The notes under the pieces: generated by a model
The model's input: the letters and a program-made list of their open reading frames with translations, nothing else
Told to the model about the DNA's origin: nothing
The model's database searches: none
Origin: a phage
DNA length: 64,000 nucleotides
Direction: 5' to 3' (one strand)
Sequence record: PZ738962.1
Position numbers and translations under genes: made by a program
Part shown: piece after piece, positions 51,355 through 60,111 of the stretch
How the letters are laid out: each line of letters starts with the position of its first letter
Numbering within the stretch: the first letter of the stretch is position 1

Positions 51355-51753
51355 TTAACTTTCCAGAATATCGCGAGCTTCGTTACGCTCCTTGATGATT
51401 TTCAGGACAAATTCCAGTTTTTCTTTGTTCAGCGTTCCATTTTCCATTGCTTCTTCGACGGTAAACACTCCGCCACCTTGCCCGTATACAGTGACAGTGA
51501 TTTCACCTAACATCGTGGTATGAAAACCGCCAATTTTCGGTGATTCGAAAGAAACAATTACCTCGCGAACAGTATTACCGTCGTTGATTTCTGAGAGGGT
51601 AATGTCGTTTTTGTAGGCGGTTGCTTTAACCATACGGATCAGCATAGTCTGATCTGGGGAGATGGTCATTTTGTCCATTGCATGTTGCAATGCAGCGTAA
51701 CCGAAAACTTTAACGAAGTCCAGAACGTCTTTGCGAGTTTGAAATTTAATCAT
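51355..51753 (-). CDS. hypothetical protein
   Basis: 132 aa; cassette promoter upstream. Confidence 0.4.
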   Translation of the reverse strand: MIKFQTRKDVLDFVKVFGYAALQHAMDKMTISPDQTMLIRMVKATAYKNDITLSEINDGNTVREVIVSFESPKIGGFHTTMLGEITVTVYGQGGGVFTVEEAMENGTLNKEKLEFVLKIIKERNEARDILES

Positions 51754-51786
51754 CTTGATACTCCTTAGTTGTTTTGGTATGGGAGT

Positions 51787-51815
51787 ATCTTACTACTCCC
51801 GTGATATGCTGTCAA
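51787..51815 (-). promoter_or_regulatory. promoter-stem-loop cassette (TTGACA, palindromic GGGAGTAGTA spacer, TAAGAT)
   Basis: read directly. Confidence 0.45.
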
Positions 51816-51824
51816 CTGCTTTTT

Positions 51825-51974
51825 TTATGCAACCGCAAACATCAACATTTGAACATTCTTGGCTGTCTGGCTTTCAAAGTTCTGACATTCTTTGATAATG
51901 TCCTCTACTTTCTCGCCGGAGATCTCCGCGTAAGTTTCGATTGCCATTTTCAGTACCGCGTCAAAGTTGTTCAT
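51825..51974 (-). CDS. hypothetical small protein (49 aa)
   Basis: hand-translated MNNFDAVLKMAIETYAEISGEKVEDIIKECQNF...; AGGAGAATCAA Shine-Dalgarno. Confidence 0.3.
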   Translation of the reverse strand: MNNFDAVLKMAIETYAEISGEKVEDIIKECQNFESQTAKNVQMLMFAVA

Positions 51975-52012
51975 TTGATTCTCCTTAAAGTGTATTTCGT
52001 TTCGATGGGGGT

Positions 52013-52041
52013 ATATTACTACCCCCGTTTCATGCTGTCAA
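52013..52041 (-). promoter_or_regulatory. promoter-stem-loop cassette (TTGACA, palindromic GGGGGTAGTA spacer, TAATAT)
   Basis: read directly. Confidence 0.45.
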
Positions 52042-52260
52042 CTACTTTTTAATGACAAGTTCGAATTTTGCTACCTTGCGTCCTCGTTTATTGAAAGCAA
52101 CCCACGGACGGTTTTCAATGTAGAACAATTCTTCGCCAATAATGAATACTGGCTGATTGTAAAGGCGACCCATCAGGTCACGCTGGCGAATGGTAGTAGA
52201 TTCGTATACTTCTCCTACTACAAAGTGTTTGCTGATAGAGTCGGTGCAAGTAAATTTCAT
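52042..52260 (-). CDS. hypothetical small protein
   Basis: 72 aa. Confidence 0.35.
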   Translation of the reverse strand: MKFTCTDSISKHFVVGEVYESTTIRQRDLMGRLYNQPVFIIGEELFYIENRPWVAFNKRGRKVAKFELVIKK

Positions 52261-52293
52261 TTTGATTCTCCTTTGTTTCGTTTCGATGGGAGT

Positions 52294-52322
52294 ATCTTAC
52301 TACCCCCGTTATTCAGTGTCAA
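52294..52322 (-). promoter_or_regulatory. promoter-stem-loop cassette (TTGACA ... TAAGAT)
   Basis: read directly. Confidence 0.45.
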
Positions 52323-52329
52323 CTACTTT

Positions 52330-52548
52330 TTACTTGTTGTATTCATTCCACCACTGGGTGAGCTTATCAATTATTTTTGTGTTTCTATCCAACTTCTCCC
52401 ACCGTTTTCTAGGGTTTATCAACCGGAATAGGTAAGGTGTACTTGTTAAGTGAACTCGGTCAATGTAGTGATTGATGTACTGCTTTTCAATTCTAAGTTT
52501 CATCTTTTTACGATGAAAATGTGCAATGACTTGTTCTTCTGTTTCCAT
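52330..52548 (-). CDS. hypothetical small protein
   Basis: 72 aa. Confidence 0.35.
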   Translation of the reverse strand: METEEQVIAHFHRKKMKLRIEKQYINHYIDRVHLTSTPYLFRLINPRKRWEKLDRNTKIIDKLTQWWNEYNK

Positions 52549-52572
52549 ATGTTCCTCCGTTTCGATGTGCGT

Positions 52573-52601
52573 ATTATGCTATGGCAAGATCAGATTGTCA
52601 A
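52573..52601 (-). promoter_or_regulatory. sigma70-like early promoter (TTGACA-17-CATAAT)
   Basis: read directly. Confidence 0.5.
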
Positions 52602-52648
52602 CACCCAATAACAAAAAAGTCGCCACTATGGGCGACTTTGAACAAACA

Positions 52649-53125
52649 TTAATCATGACCGTGATTTGCAATATCCGCTCGCGTCTTATCTTTGTGATTT
52701 CCTACGTCAAAGACACGATAACCATTTTCACGCAAAACTTTAATCACTTCTGGGTTATCCTCAAAGACTCCGACAACTTCATCTTTATCAAAGGATTTAA
52801 TTACCTCTAATTTGATGTGATAGTCTTTACGGGAATCGGTACGGCCTCTCATAAAGATTTTATCAAAACACACCCAGTTAGAAATTAACCAATCAATTGT
52901 TTCCATGTAAGCATGTGAACTTCGTCCGGTGAGGATGTAAATCAAATGCCCGTTGTCGGAAAGAGCATTAATAACACGAATTACATCGTAAATGGGGGAA
53001 TCTCCCCCACATGCTTTGTTATATTCGATCCATGACTCGACTTTATCAAGATTTTCGGTTGGCATCTTTGCTAGTCGATGTGTTGGATCTGTGATCGTAA
53101 AATCTAAATCGACAAAATATATCAT
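52649..53125 (-). CDS. HAD-superfamily phosphatase-like protein
   Basis: 158 aa; N-terminal VDLDFTIT (DxDxT motif I); start overlaps nrdB stop. Confidence 0.45.
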   Translation of the reverse strand: MIYFVDLDFTITDPTHRLAKMPTENLDKVESWIEYNKACGGDSPIYDVIRVINALSDNGHLIYILTGRSSHAYMETIDWLISNWVCFDKIFMRGRTDSRKDYHIKLEVIKSFDKDEVVGVFEDNPEVIKVLRENGYRVFDVGNHKDKTRADIANHGHD

Positions 53126-54282
53126 AGATATTTCCCGAATCGGTTGTAGTCGTCATCTGTTAAATCGGTATTAACCTGAGATACCAGATACATAATCTCT
53201 ACTTCCTGCGCTGCATTCTGTACTTCGTCAGAGTTCAACCATTTACGCATCCACGGTAACGGATGACGACGAACACTAAACGGGCTTTTCAGTCCGGCAG
53301 CACGCATACGGGAATCTGCCAGGTATTCTACATAGGTTTTCAGAATTTCCGGTGACAGGTTAGGAATTGCCCCCATTGCGAATAGGTGGTCTACCCATTC
53401 TTTTTCTTGCTCGACAACATCCAGAAAGATTTTCGTTGCTTCGCCTTCAAGTTCTTCCGCAATCTGTTTCCACTCATCACCATCAACCCCCGTTTGCCAT
53501 TGACGAATAATGTATTGTGTTCCTTTTAAGTGAAGTTGTTCATCACGCGCAATAAATTTCATGATCTTCGCGTTACCTTCCAGTAAACCACGTTCGGCAA
53601 AGCTGAAAGTACATGCAAAGGACACATAAAAACGGATTGCTTCCAGTGCATTTACGCAGTGTGCACACAGATAAATCGAAGCCATCAGATCTCGTTTTGT
53701 ATCTTCAAAAAATCTTCTTGCATCATCTAATGCTGTCTGGTCGTCTCGTTCTTCCCAATAGCGGAGATCTTCTTTTGCATTCTCATACTTACGAATCCAA
53801 TAAAGAACATCATCATAATATTTCCCGATAGATTCCGCTCGCTTCATGATAGCAGGGTTATCGATGATCTGGTCGAACTCACTAGCCGGATCAATGAAAC
53901 AGTTACGCATAATGTGTGTATAGCTTCGGCTATGAATCGTTTCGCTGAATGTCCATGTTTGCAACCATGTATCGAGAGTTGGATCAGATACAATTGGACC
54001 AAATGCTGCGGACGGTGCGCGACCTTGAATAGAATCAAGTAATGTCTGATACTTCAAGTTTTCAGTAAAGAAACGCTTTTCAACGTCACCCATATTAAGA
54101 TATTGAATGCGGTCGGTTGCAAGTGAAATTTCTTCTGGACGCCAGAAAAATGACAATTGCTTTTCGATCAGTTCTTCAAATACTTGATGACGCTGAATAT
54201 CATAGCGAGCGATACCCAACCCACTACCCAGAAACATCGGTTCGTTCATAATATCAACATGTTCGCGGTTAAATACGCTCAT
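53122..54282 (-). CDS. nrdB: ribonucleotide reductase small (beta) subunit
   Basis: 386 aa; ferritin-like diiron / tyrosyl-radical protein; uninterrupted ORF. Confidence 0.9.
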   Translation of the reverse strand: MSVFNREHVDIMNEPMFLGSGLGIARYDIQRHQVFEELIEKQLSFFWRPEEISLATDRIQYLNMGDVEKRFFTENLKYQTLLDSIQGRAPSAAFGPIVSDPTLDTWLQTWTFSETIHSRSYTHIMRNCFIDPASEFDQIIDNPAIMKRAESIGKYYDDVLYWIRKYENAKEDLRYWEERDDQTALDDARRFFEDTKRDLMASIYLCAHCVNALEAIRFYVSFACTFSFAERGLLEGNAKIMKFIARDEQLHLKGTQYIIRQWQTGVDGDEWKQIAEELEGEATKIFLDVVEQEKEWVDHLFAMGAIPNLSPEILKTYVEYLADSRMRAAGLKSPFSVRRHPLPWMRKWLNSDEVQNAAQEVEIMYLVSQVNTDLTDDDYNRFGKYL

Positions 54283-54297
54283 TAATTCACCTCACTA

Positions 54298-54465
54298 TCA
54301 CTTTTTAACACAAAAGAACTTAGTATTTCTGTTTATTTCGCTATCCTGCTGCAATTCCTGCACAGCTTCAAAACAATTTTGATATGATGAAAACTCTACG
54401 CTGGTAACAGTTCCTTTATTATATACTCCTACGCTAACGGAAAGCAATAACCATAATGTAGCCAT
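54298..54465 (-). CDS. small hydrophobic-N-terminus protein (55 aa), tandem paralog
   Basis: hand-translated MATLWLLLSVSVGVYNKGT...; ATG overlaps upstream stop (TAATG). Confidence 0.35.
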   Translation of the reverse strand: MATLWLLLSVSVGVYNKGTVTSVEFSSYQNCFEAVQELQQDSEINRNTKFFCVKK

Positions 54466-54638
54466 TAGTTCACCTTTTGTTTTTCAACGCAATATAGATT
54501 CATAAAGCGTTTATTGTCTTCGCGGATAATCTCGCGAGCTTTAACGCAATCCTGCTTTGTTGCAAATTCAATGCTTGACATATTTCCGTAATTATACATT
54601 GAATTGCTGATTGCAATCAATAACCATACAGTAGCCAT
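54465..54638 (-). CDS. small hydrophobic-N-terminus protein (57 aa), tandem paralog
   Basis: hand-translated MATVWLLIAISNSMYNYGN...; TAATG overlap on both sides. Confidence 0.35.
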   Translation of the reverse strand: MATVWLLIAISNSMYNYGNMSSIEFATKQDCVKAREIIREDNKRFMNLYCVEKQKVN

Positions 54639-54640
54639 TA

Positions 54641-54806
54641 TCCGACAACCTCAAAACATTTATCATCAGGAAGAATCGCCCATTCTACACCATATTCATC
54701 CTCGACGTAGTAGCAAGTCCCATCATGTCGAGCATCATATTCATCACCAACAACAAAGCTATCAGCTAGTTCAAAAATCTACAGCAACACATTTTAATTT
54801 GGTCAT
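54641..54806 (-). pseudogene. small gene interrupted by a frameshift in an A5/T5 run
   Basis: ATG 54806 with GAGGA Shine-Dalgarno reads MTKLKCVAVDF then stop; the adjacent frame is open to 54641. Confidence 0.3.
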
Positions 54807-54837
54807 AATAAAATCCTCACTTGTTTTTGATGGTTGT

Positions 54838-54866
54838 ATTATAGCGGGGAGAAATCCCCGCGTCAA
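54838..54866 (-). promoter_or_regulatory. promoter-stem-loop cassette (TTGACG, CGGGGATTTCTCCCCGC, TATAAT)
   Basis: read directly. Confidence 0.5.
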
Positions 54867-54874
54867 CACTTATT

Positions 54875-57118
54875 TTACAGCTTGCAAGATGAGCACTCGC
54901 TAGCGTCTTCCGTACCATCTGCACCGTCGCGAACGTTCGCATAATACAGGGTTTTCAGACCGTAATATTGAGCAAACAACATATCATCTAATACATCAGC
55001 AATATCGACTTTACCAGTCTTATAAGTGCTTGGATCATAGGATGTATTGGAACTAATCGCCTGATCCACAAACTTCTGCATGATTGCTGCCAGTGTCAGA
55101 TAAGGCTTGTTACCTTTCTTGATCAGTGTCCAAAGCAGGTCAATAACATCAGCATTATTCTCTACGTTCGGAATAACCTGATTAAATTGTCCTTCTTTCG
55201 ATCCTTTAACCGATACAATCCCGCGAGGCGGTTCAATACCGTTTGTGCTGTTAGATACCTGAGAAGACGACTCACAAGGCATCAGCGCCGACAGTGTACT
55301 GTTACGAATGCCATATTTTTTCAGGTCTTCGCGCAGTTCTTCCCAATCCATCTCATACACCGGATCAACCAGTTCATCTACTGTCTTTTTGTACCAGTCG
55401 ATAGGCAGTTCACCGCGACCATAACGTGTTTCATGCATCAGTTCGCAAGCACCCTTCTCTTTAGCCAGTTGCACACTAGCCTTAATCAGAGCATATTGCA
55501 AGCGTTCAAACGTTTTATGCGTAAACTCGCTAGCGTCTTCATATGTGAAGAAATTATCTGCTAGATATGATGCAAAGTTAGTCACACCAACACCCAGAGA
55601 GCGACGTTTTTTGGCTGTCAGAGCTTGTTCTACAGGATAATCCTGATAATCTAACAGGTTGTCCAGTGCACGCACCATAACCATAGCAATGCGTTCTACT
55701 TCTTCCATATTTTCGATATCAAAGTTTCCTAAAACATATGCTGCCAAAGTACATAGGCTGATCTCTGAATCATCACGACCCATCGGTTTTGTAGGCAGAG
55801 CAATTTCACAACACAGGTTAGATTGTTTAATCGGTGCTACATTACGAATAAACGCCCCGTGATTGTTCATGTTGTCTGTGAACGTTGGGTAGATTCGACC
55901 AGTGTTAAAACGTTCAATTGCCACCGCTAAAAACAGGTCTTCGGCTTTAACACGAGTTTTACGAACACTCGGATCTTTTTCCAGTTTTTCGTAAAGCTGG
56001 CGGAAACCTTCCTCATCTCGGAAGTACAGATCCCACAACAAGCCACCCGCAACATCTGGACTAAACAGAGTAATGTAATCCCGTTTAAGGAATCGCTCTA
56101 CCATCAGGTTATTAATCTGTACGCCGTAGTCAAGATGACGAATGCGGTTATCTTCCACGCCCTTATTGTTCTTTAACACAATCAGACTTTCAAACTCTAA
56201 ATGCCACATTGGGTAATAGAGTGTCGCTGCCCCGCCACGAATACCGCCTTGTGAGCATGACTTAACGGCAGTCTGAAAATGTTTCCAGAATGGGATAACG
56301 CCAGTATGACGAACTTCACCATGCCCGATCTTAGATCCTTCCGCGCGAATCATACCAGCATTGATACCGATACCAGCACGCTTGCTAATATACTTGATGA
56401 TTGCATTTGCTGTTTCGTTGATGCCCTGCAATGAGTCATCACTTTCAATCACCACACACGAACTAAATTGGCGTGTTGGGGTACGCACACCTGCCATAAT
56501 CGGAGTAGGCAGAGAGATTTGCTTATTCGCAACAGCATTATAAAAATCAATCACATGTTCAAGTCGATTTTCTGTCTCTTCTTGATGCAAGCACATACCG
56601 ATCAGCATATACGCAAATTGCGGTGTTTCGATGATTTTCTTAGTGCTGCGATCCTGAACAAGATATTTCTCTTTTAACTGCATCGCACCAGCATAGGTCA
56701 TTTTAAAATCAAGTTTATGGTCGATGAATTTCTCCAGATATTCCACTTCTTCACGGGAATATTTTTGCAGAATTTCGCGATCATATTTTCCGGTTGCAAT
56801 ATTACGCTCAATATGGCTATAAAAATCAATAGGTTGGAATTGACCGTATACTGATTTGCGAAGCGCGAACATTGCAAGGTTACTTGCTACATATTGATAA
56901 TCGGGTGTTTCGACAGTAATGTTATCTGCTGCGACCTTAATCAATACTTTCTGGATATCATTGGTAGACATACCTTCTGTCAGAAGTGGTTCAACCATAT
57001 CAAACAATTCATATGGATCAACGTTATGACCTTCGGCTGCCGCTTCCAGAATTTTCATTACTTTTTCTTTTTCAAACGGAACAGTCAGACCGGAAGACTT
57101 AACAACATTTTTAATCAT
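54875..57118 (-). CDS. nrdA: ribonucleotide reductase large (alpha) subunit
   Basis: 747 aa; class Ia motifs including NLCCEIALP; uninterrupted ORF. Confidence 0.9.
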   Translation of the reverse strand: MIKNVVKSSGLTVPFEKEKVMKILEAAAEGHNVDPYELFDMVEPLLTEGMSTNDIQKVLIKVAADNITVETPDYQYVASNLAMFALRKSVYGQFQPIDFYSHIERNIATGKYDREILQKYSREEVEYLEKFIDHKLDFKMTYAGAMQLKEKYLVQDRSTKKIIETPQFAYMLIGMCLHQEETENRLEHVIDFYNAVANKQISLPTPIMAGVRTPTRQFSSCVVIESDDSLQGINETANAIIKYISKRAGIGINAGMIRAEGSKIGHGEVRHTGVIPFWKHFQTAVKSCSQGGIRGGAATLYYPMWHLEFESLIVLKNNKGVEDNRIRHLDYGVQINNLMVERFLKRDYITLFSPDVAGGLLWDLYFRDEEGFRQLYEKLEKDPSVRKTRVKAEDLFLAVAIERFNTGRIYPTFTDNMNNHGAFIRNVAPIKQSNLCCEIALPTKPMGRDDSEISLCTLAAYVLGNFDIENMEEVERIAMVMVRALDNLLDYQDYPVEQALTAKKRRSLGVGVTNFASYLADNFFTYEDASEFTHKTFERLQYALIKASVQLAKEKGACELMHETRYGRGELPIDWYKKTVDELVDPVYEMDWEELREDLKKYGIRNSTLSALMPCESSSQVSNSTNGIEPPRGIVSVKGSKEGQFNQVIPNVENNADVIDLLWTLIKKGNKPYLTLAAIMQKFVDQAISSNTSYDPSTYKTGKVDIADVLDDMLFAQYYGLKTLYYANVRDGADGTEDASECSSCKL

Positions 57119-57187
57119 ATTACCTCACTTCATATTTTAGCAGGAACAAGTTTATCCTCCATATTGGGGGCTTTCGCCCCCCTTTGT

Positions 57188-58420
57188 TTATACTGCCATT
57201 TGAGCGGTGATTGCTGGATGGCTTTGATAGTTGTGAATTTTAAAGTCTTTCGGAGTCTTTGTCAATACCTCATCTAAAGATTTAAATTCCGGCAACTCAA
57301 TCGTTGGTTTATCAAACGGAACACGGCTTAACTGTTCCATAACTTGATCAAAATGGTTTTTGTAAATGTGAGTATCTCCACCAGAGAAAATCAGTTCTCC
57401 TACCTCAAGATCACACATTTTCGCTATGATGTGAGTTAACAGCGCATAGCTGGCGACGTTAAAGGGCAAGCCTAAAAAGCTGTCTACGCTTCGCTGAAAC
57501 CACATACAAGACAGTTTACCTTCATTGACGTAGAATTGCACGAAAGGATGACATACACCTAATACAGCATTATGTGTTCCTTGTACGTTCCATGAGTCAA
57601 TGATGATACGTCGATCCGTTGGATTGTTTTTAATTTGTTCAATCACGTTTTGTAACTGGTCTTCCCAAATCTTCGGTCGATAGACATATTCTTCATCGTC
57701 TTTAGTGCTCGATGTGTCTACGTCCATACTAGCAAAGATCGTGGTATCTGGCGCTAAAATATCCCCGCCCAGATAATCACTATCAAGCAGATAACCGAAA
57801 TAACCATCATCTACCCATTCCTGGAATCCCCACAAGCAATATGCATCATTAACAAAATTAGATTGAGTCTTCCAGTGGTCTGCTACTAAGAATTGATTAT
57901 ATTCAGAATCAAACTCTTCATAACGCATACCACGCCAGATAGCACATAAACGGTCTTCTGTTTCATTGGTTGGCGTAAAGTCTTCTACCCACGGGTGCTT
58001 AAATGTATGTGCATATTTGCTCTTAACGCGCTTAATTTTGATTTCACCGTGTGGATGAATCGGTTTGCGTCGCCATGCCATACCATACATATTGCCGACA
58101 TTATAACCATTGAATCGCAAAGGATTCTTTTCTTTCATATCAAGACAGTTGCCGCGCCAAATGTCGAAGGCTTCTTCGTCAAACTTACCGCGTGTAATTT
58201 CCTGTAAGCGACGGCGGTCAAGTGATCCCTCCATAAACCATAGCAATTCGCCAATTACAGAGGCTGTAGCCATCTTTTTAGTGGTCAGTAATGGGAAACC
58301 CTTGCTTAAATCAATTCGCATCTCTGCGCCGAATTTAGATAGCGTACCTACCCCAGTTCGGTCTTCACGAGGCCATCCATTATCAAGAACATCACGCAAT
58401 AGTTTCAAATATTCTTTCAT
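57188..58420 (-). CDS. td: thymidylate synthase with a large internal insertion
   Basis: 410 aa; FPLLTTKK, YGMAWRR, DRRIII, active-site LGVCHPFVQFYV, C-terminal HPAITAQMAV; about 125-130 aa inserted between YG..WR and DRRII relative to T4 Td (286 aa). Confidence 0.8.
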   Translation of the reverse strand: MKEYLKLLRDVLDNGWPREDRTGVGTLSKFGAEMRIDLSKGFPLLTTKKMATASVIGELLWFMEGSLDRRRLQEITRGKFDEEAFDIWRGNCLDMKEKNPLRFNGYNVGNMYGMAWRRKPIHPHGEIKIKRVKSKYAHTFKHPWVEDFTPTNETEDRLCAIWRGMRYEEFDSEYNQFLVADHWKTQSNFVNDAYCLWGFQEWVDDGYFGYLLDSDYLGGDILAPDTTIFASMDVDTSSTKDDEEYVYRPKIWEDQLQNVIEQIKNNPTDRRIIIDSWNVQGTHNAVLGVCHPFVQFYVNEGKLSCMWFQRSVDSFLGLPFNVASYALLTHIIAKMCDLEVGELIFSGGDTHIYKNHFDQVMEQLSRVPFDKPTIELPEFKSLDEVLTKTPKDFKIHNYQSHPAITAQMAV

Positions 58421-58688
58421 CCCACATCACCTTTTTCTTATTGATTGCTTTCTTACGCAGTTTTGCTACTGTCTCGTCAATATCGATAAAGACAACGCCA
58501 CGGTCGAATATAGTAGCAGGTCTTGATATATCGCTATTTTCTTGCACAGGAAGCCATGATGCGCTCGCTTCATCATAGAGATATTGTAAACCGTAATAAT
58601 CTACGGCTACTGCGTAGTTTTCACTGGTAGCCGTCCATAATTGAATAATACCGACTTTCATTATTGTTCCCGTCCGCAATGTAAACAC
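58392..58688 (-). CDS. hypothetical small protein
   Basis: ORF-track start is GTG; alternative ATG at 58661. Confidence 0.3.
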   Translation of the reverse strand: MFTLRTGTIMKVGIIQLWTATSENYAVAVDYYGLQYLYDEASASWLPVQENSDISRPATIFDRGVVFIDIDETVAKLRKKAINKKKVMWDERIFETIA

Positions 58689-58754
58689 CGACTACCAGCA
58701 AACATCAAAGATTCACCACAATGTTTGCACTCATAATCTGTCAGAATTTTCATG

Positions 58755-59324
58755 TTACGCCTTCTTACGTTCTAAAATTTGTTCGCTGATCAGGTAATCA
58801 TCAAGGAAGTAATTATGTTCTTCTTTTGTTGCAAAGTCAAAATATAATTCCTGAATCATTTCCTTAGAGATACCAACATCATATTCAAATGGATCGTTGA
58901 CCCCTGAACGTTGAACATACGTTAACACAATACGGTCCGCAAAGTCAACCGCTTTTTCAATCAGGGAAGGTCCGCCGATAACACTTACCAAACTTTGCGT
59001 TTTCTCCAGGACTTTTAACAGATCCTTTAATTCAATTCCAGTATACACATTAGGCTGGTCGCCGTTTTTTGCTTTCGGTGTCGGCTTGCTGGCATCGGTA
59101 CTAATAACCACATTAAGACGACCTTCCAGTGCTTTAGGCAGACTTTCAAAGGTATTACGTCCCATTACAACCGCCGCAAGATCAACATCTCCCATAGTGC
59201 GCATTTTAAAGTTTTCCATGTCCTTTTTGATTGGACGTCCCCACGGTAAACCGCCTTTAAAACCAAAAGCCCAATTTTCATCTGACATTTTAGTGTCACC
59301 AATCGCAAATACACATTGAATCAT
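58755..59324 (-). CDS. frd: dihydrofolate reductase
   Basis: 189 aa; N-terminal IQCVFAIG...GGLPWG... DHFR-like; position next to td. Confidence 0.75.
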   Translation of the reverse strand: MIQCVFAIGDTKMSDENWAFGFKGGLPWGRPIKKDMENFKMRTMGDVDLAAVVMGRNTFESLPKALEGRLNVVISTDASKPTPKAKNGDQPNVYTGIELKDLLKVLEKTQSLVSVIGGPSLIEKAVDFADRIVLTYVQRSGVNDPFEYDVGISKEMIQELYFDFATKEEHNYFLDDYLISEQILERKKA

Positions 59325-59339
59325 AATATAAATCTCCCA

Positions 59340-59669
59340 TCAAATCAGTTTGAAATAGTTTTCGTTTACATTTTCTTCTGTGATTGCTGTCTTAAATTCT
59401 TGACCGTTATCCTGTGTGATGAAATAACGGTCAGAATAATCACGAAAACGTTTTAAGTGAGATACCCCAACATTAACACCATTTTCCCAAAAACGAAAGG
59501 TAATCATTTTTGGTTCATATCGATAGTCGCTTGTTAACACAGTACCATCACCGCGACGGGCTTCATAAACCGTAATACATTCACGATTAGCGGCTTTTAG
59601 GCATTCTTCAATAGTGCCGCACGAGATAATACTTACTTTTTCATCTACGATTTGTTCTACAGTCCACAT
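59340..59669 (-). CDS. hypothetical protein
   Basis: 109 aa. Confidence 0.4.
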   Translation of the reverse strand: MWTVEQIVDEKVSIISCGTIEECLKAANRECITVYEARRGDGTVLTSDYRYEPKMITFRFWENGVNVGVSHLKRFRDYSDRYFITQDNGQEFKTAITEENVNENYFKLI

Positions 59670-59700
59670 AATATAATCCTCTCTTTGTTTCGATGTTTGT

Positions 59701-59728
59701 ATTATACATCATCTGTGTTCGGCGTCAA
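59701..59728 (-). promoter_or_regulatory. sigma70-like early promoter (TTGACG-16-TATAAT)
   Basis: read directly. Confidence 0.45.
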
Positions 59729-60054
59729 CCTTTTTGTTCCATGAAAAGCGGTGCTGTTTCTTCTTTCAGTTTAATAACTAGCGCGGAAACTTCATCAAGA
59801 AAATCTTTTTCCATATGAGCAAGCATTGATTTAGAATCTTTGATGACTTTCAAAGAATATTCACTTAGATTTCCTTTTCCTAACAATAATGCAGGATACA
59901 CACTATGTGGGATCTCTATTTCATGATATTCGCTCATAGTATAATATTTGTGAATTTTTAAATCTATATTTCTTCGTTGTACGTCCACATCAGCAATGAC
60001 ATACAGAAGTTCGATTTTATCACTTTTCTGGGAAAGGGTAGCATTCAAAAACAT
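59725..60054 (-). CDS. hypothetical protein
   Basis: 109 aa. Confidence 0.4.
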   Translation of the reverse strand: MFLNATLSQKSDKIELLYVIADVDVQRRNIDLKIHKYYTMSEYHEIEIPHSVYPALLLGKGNLSEYSLKVIKDSKSMLAHMEKDFLDEVSALVIKLKEETAPLFMEQKG

Positions 60055-60083
60055 TGTTAATCCTCCGTTGTTTCGATATGTGC

Positions 60084-60111
60084 ATTATACACTATTGCGT
60101 TACGCTGTCAA
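60084..60111 (-). promoter_or_regulatory. sigma70-like early promoter (TTGACA-16-TATAAT)
   Basis: read directly. Confidence 0.45.

Noticed and set aside
57131-57180. GC hairpin (gggggctttcgccccc) between td and nrdA as a terminator
   Set aside because: Not followed by a T-run on the minus strand and lies just upstream of the nrdA Shine-Dalgarno; more likely an RNA structure affecting translation or processing, not called.
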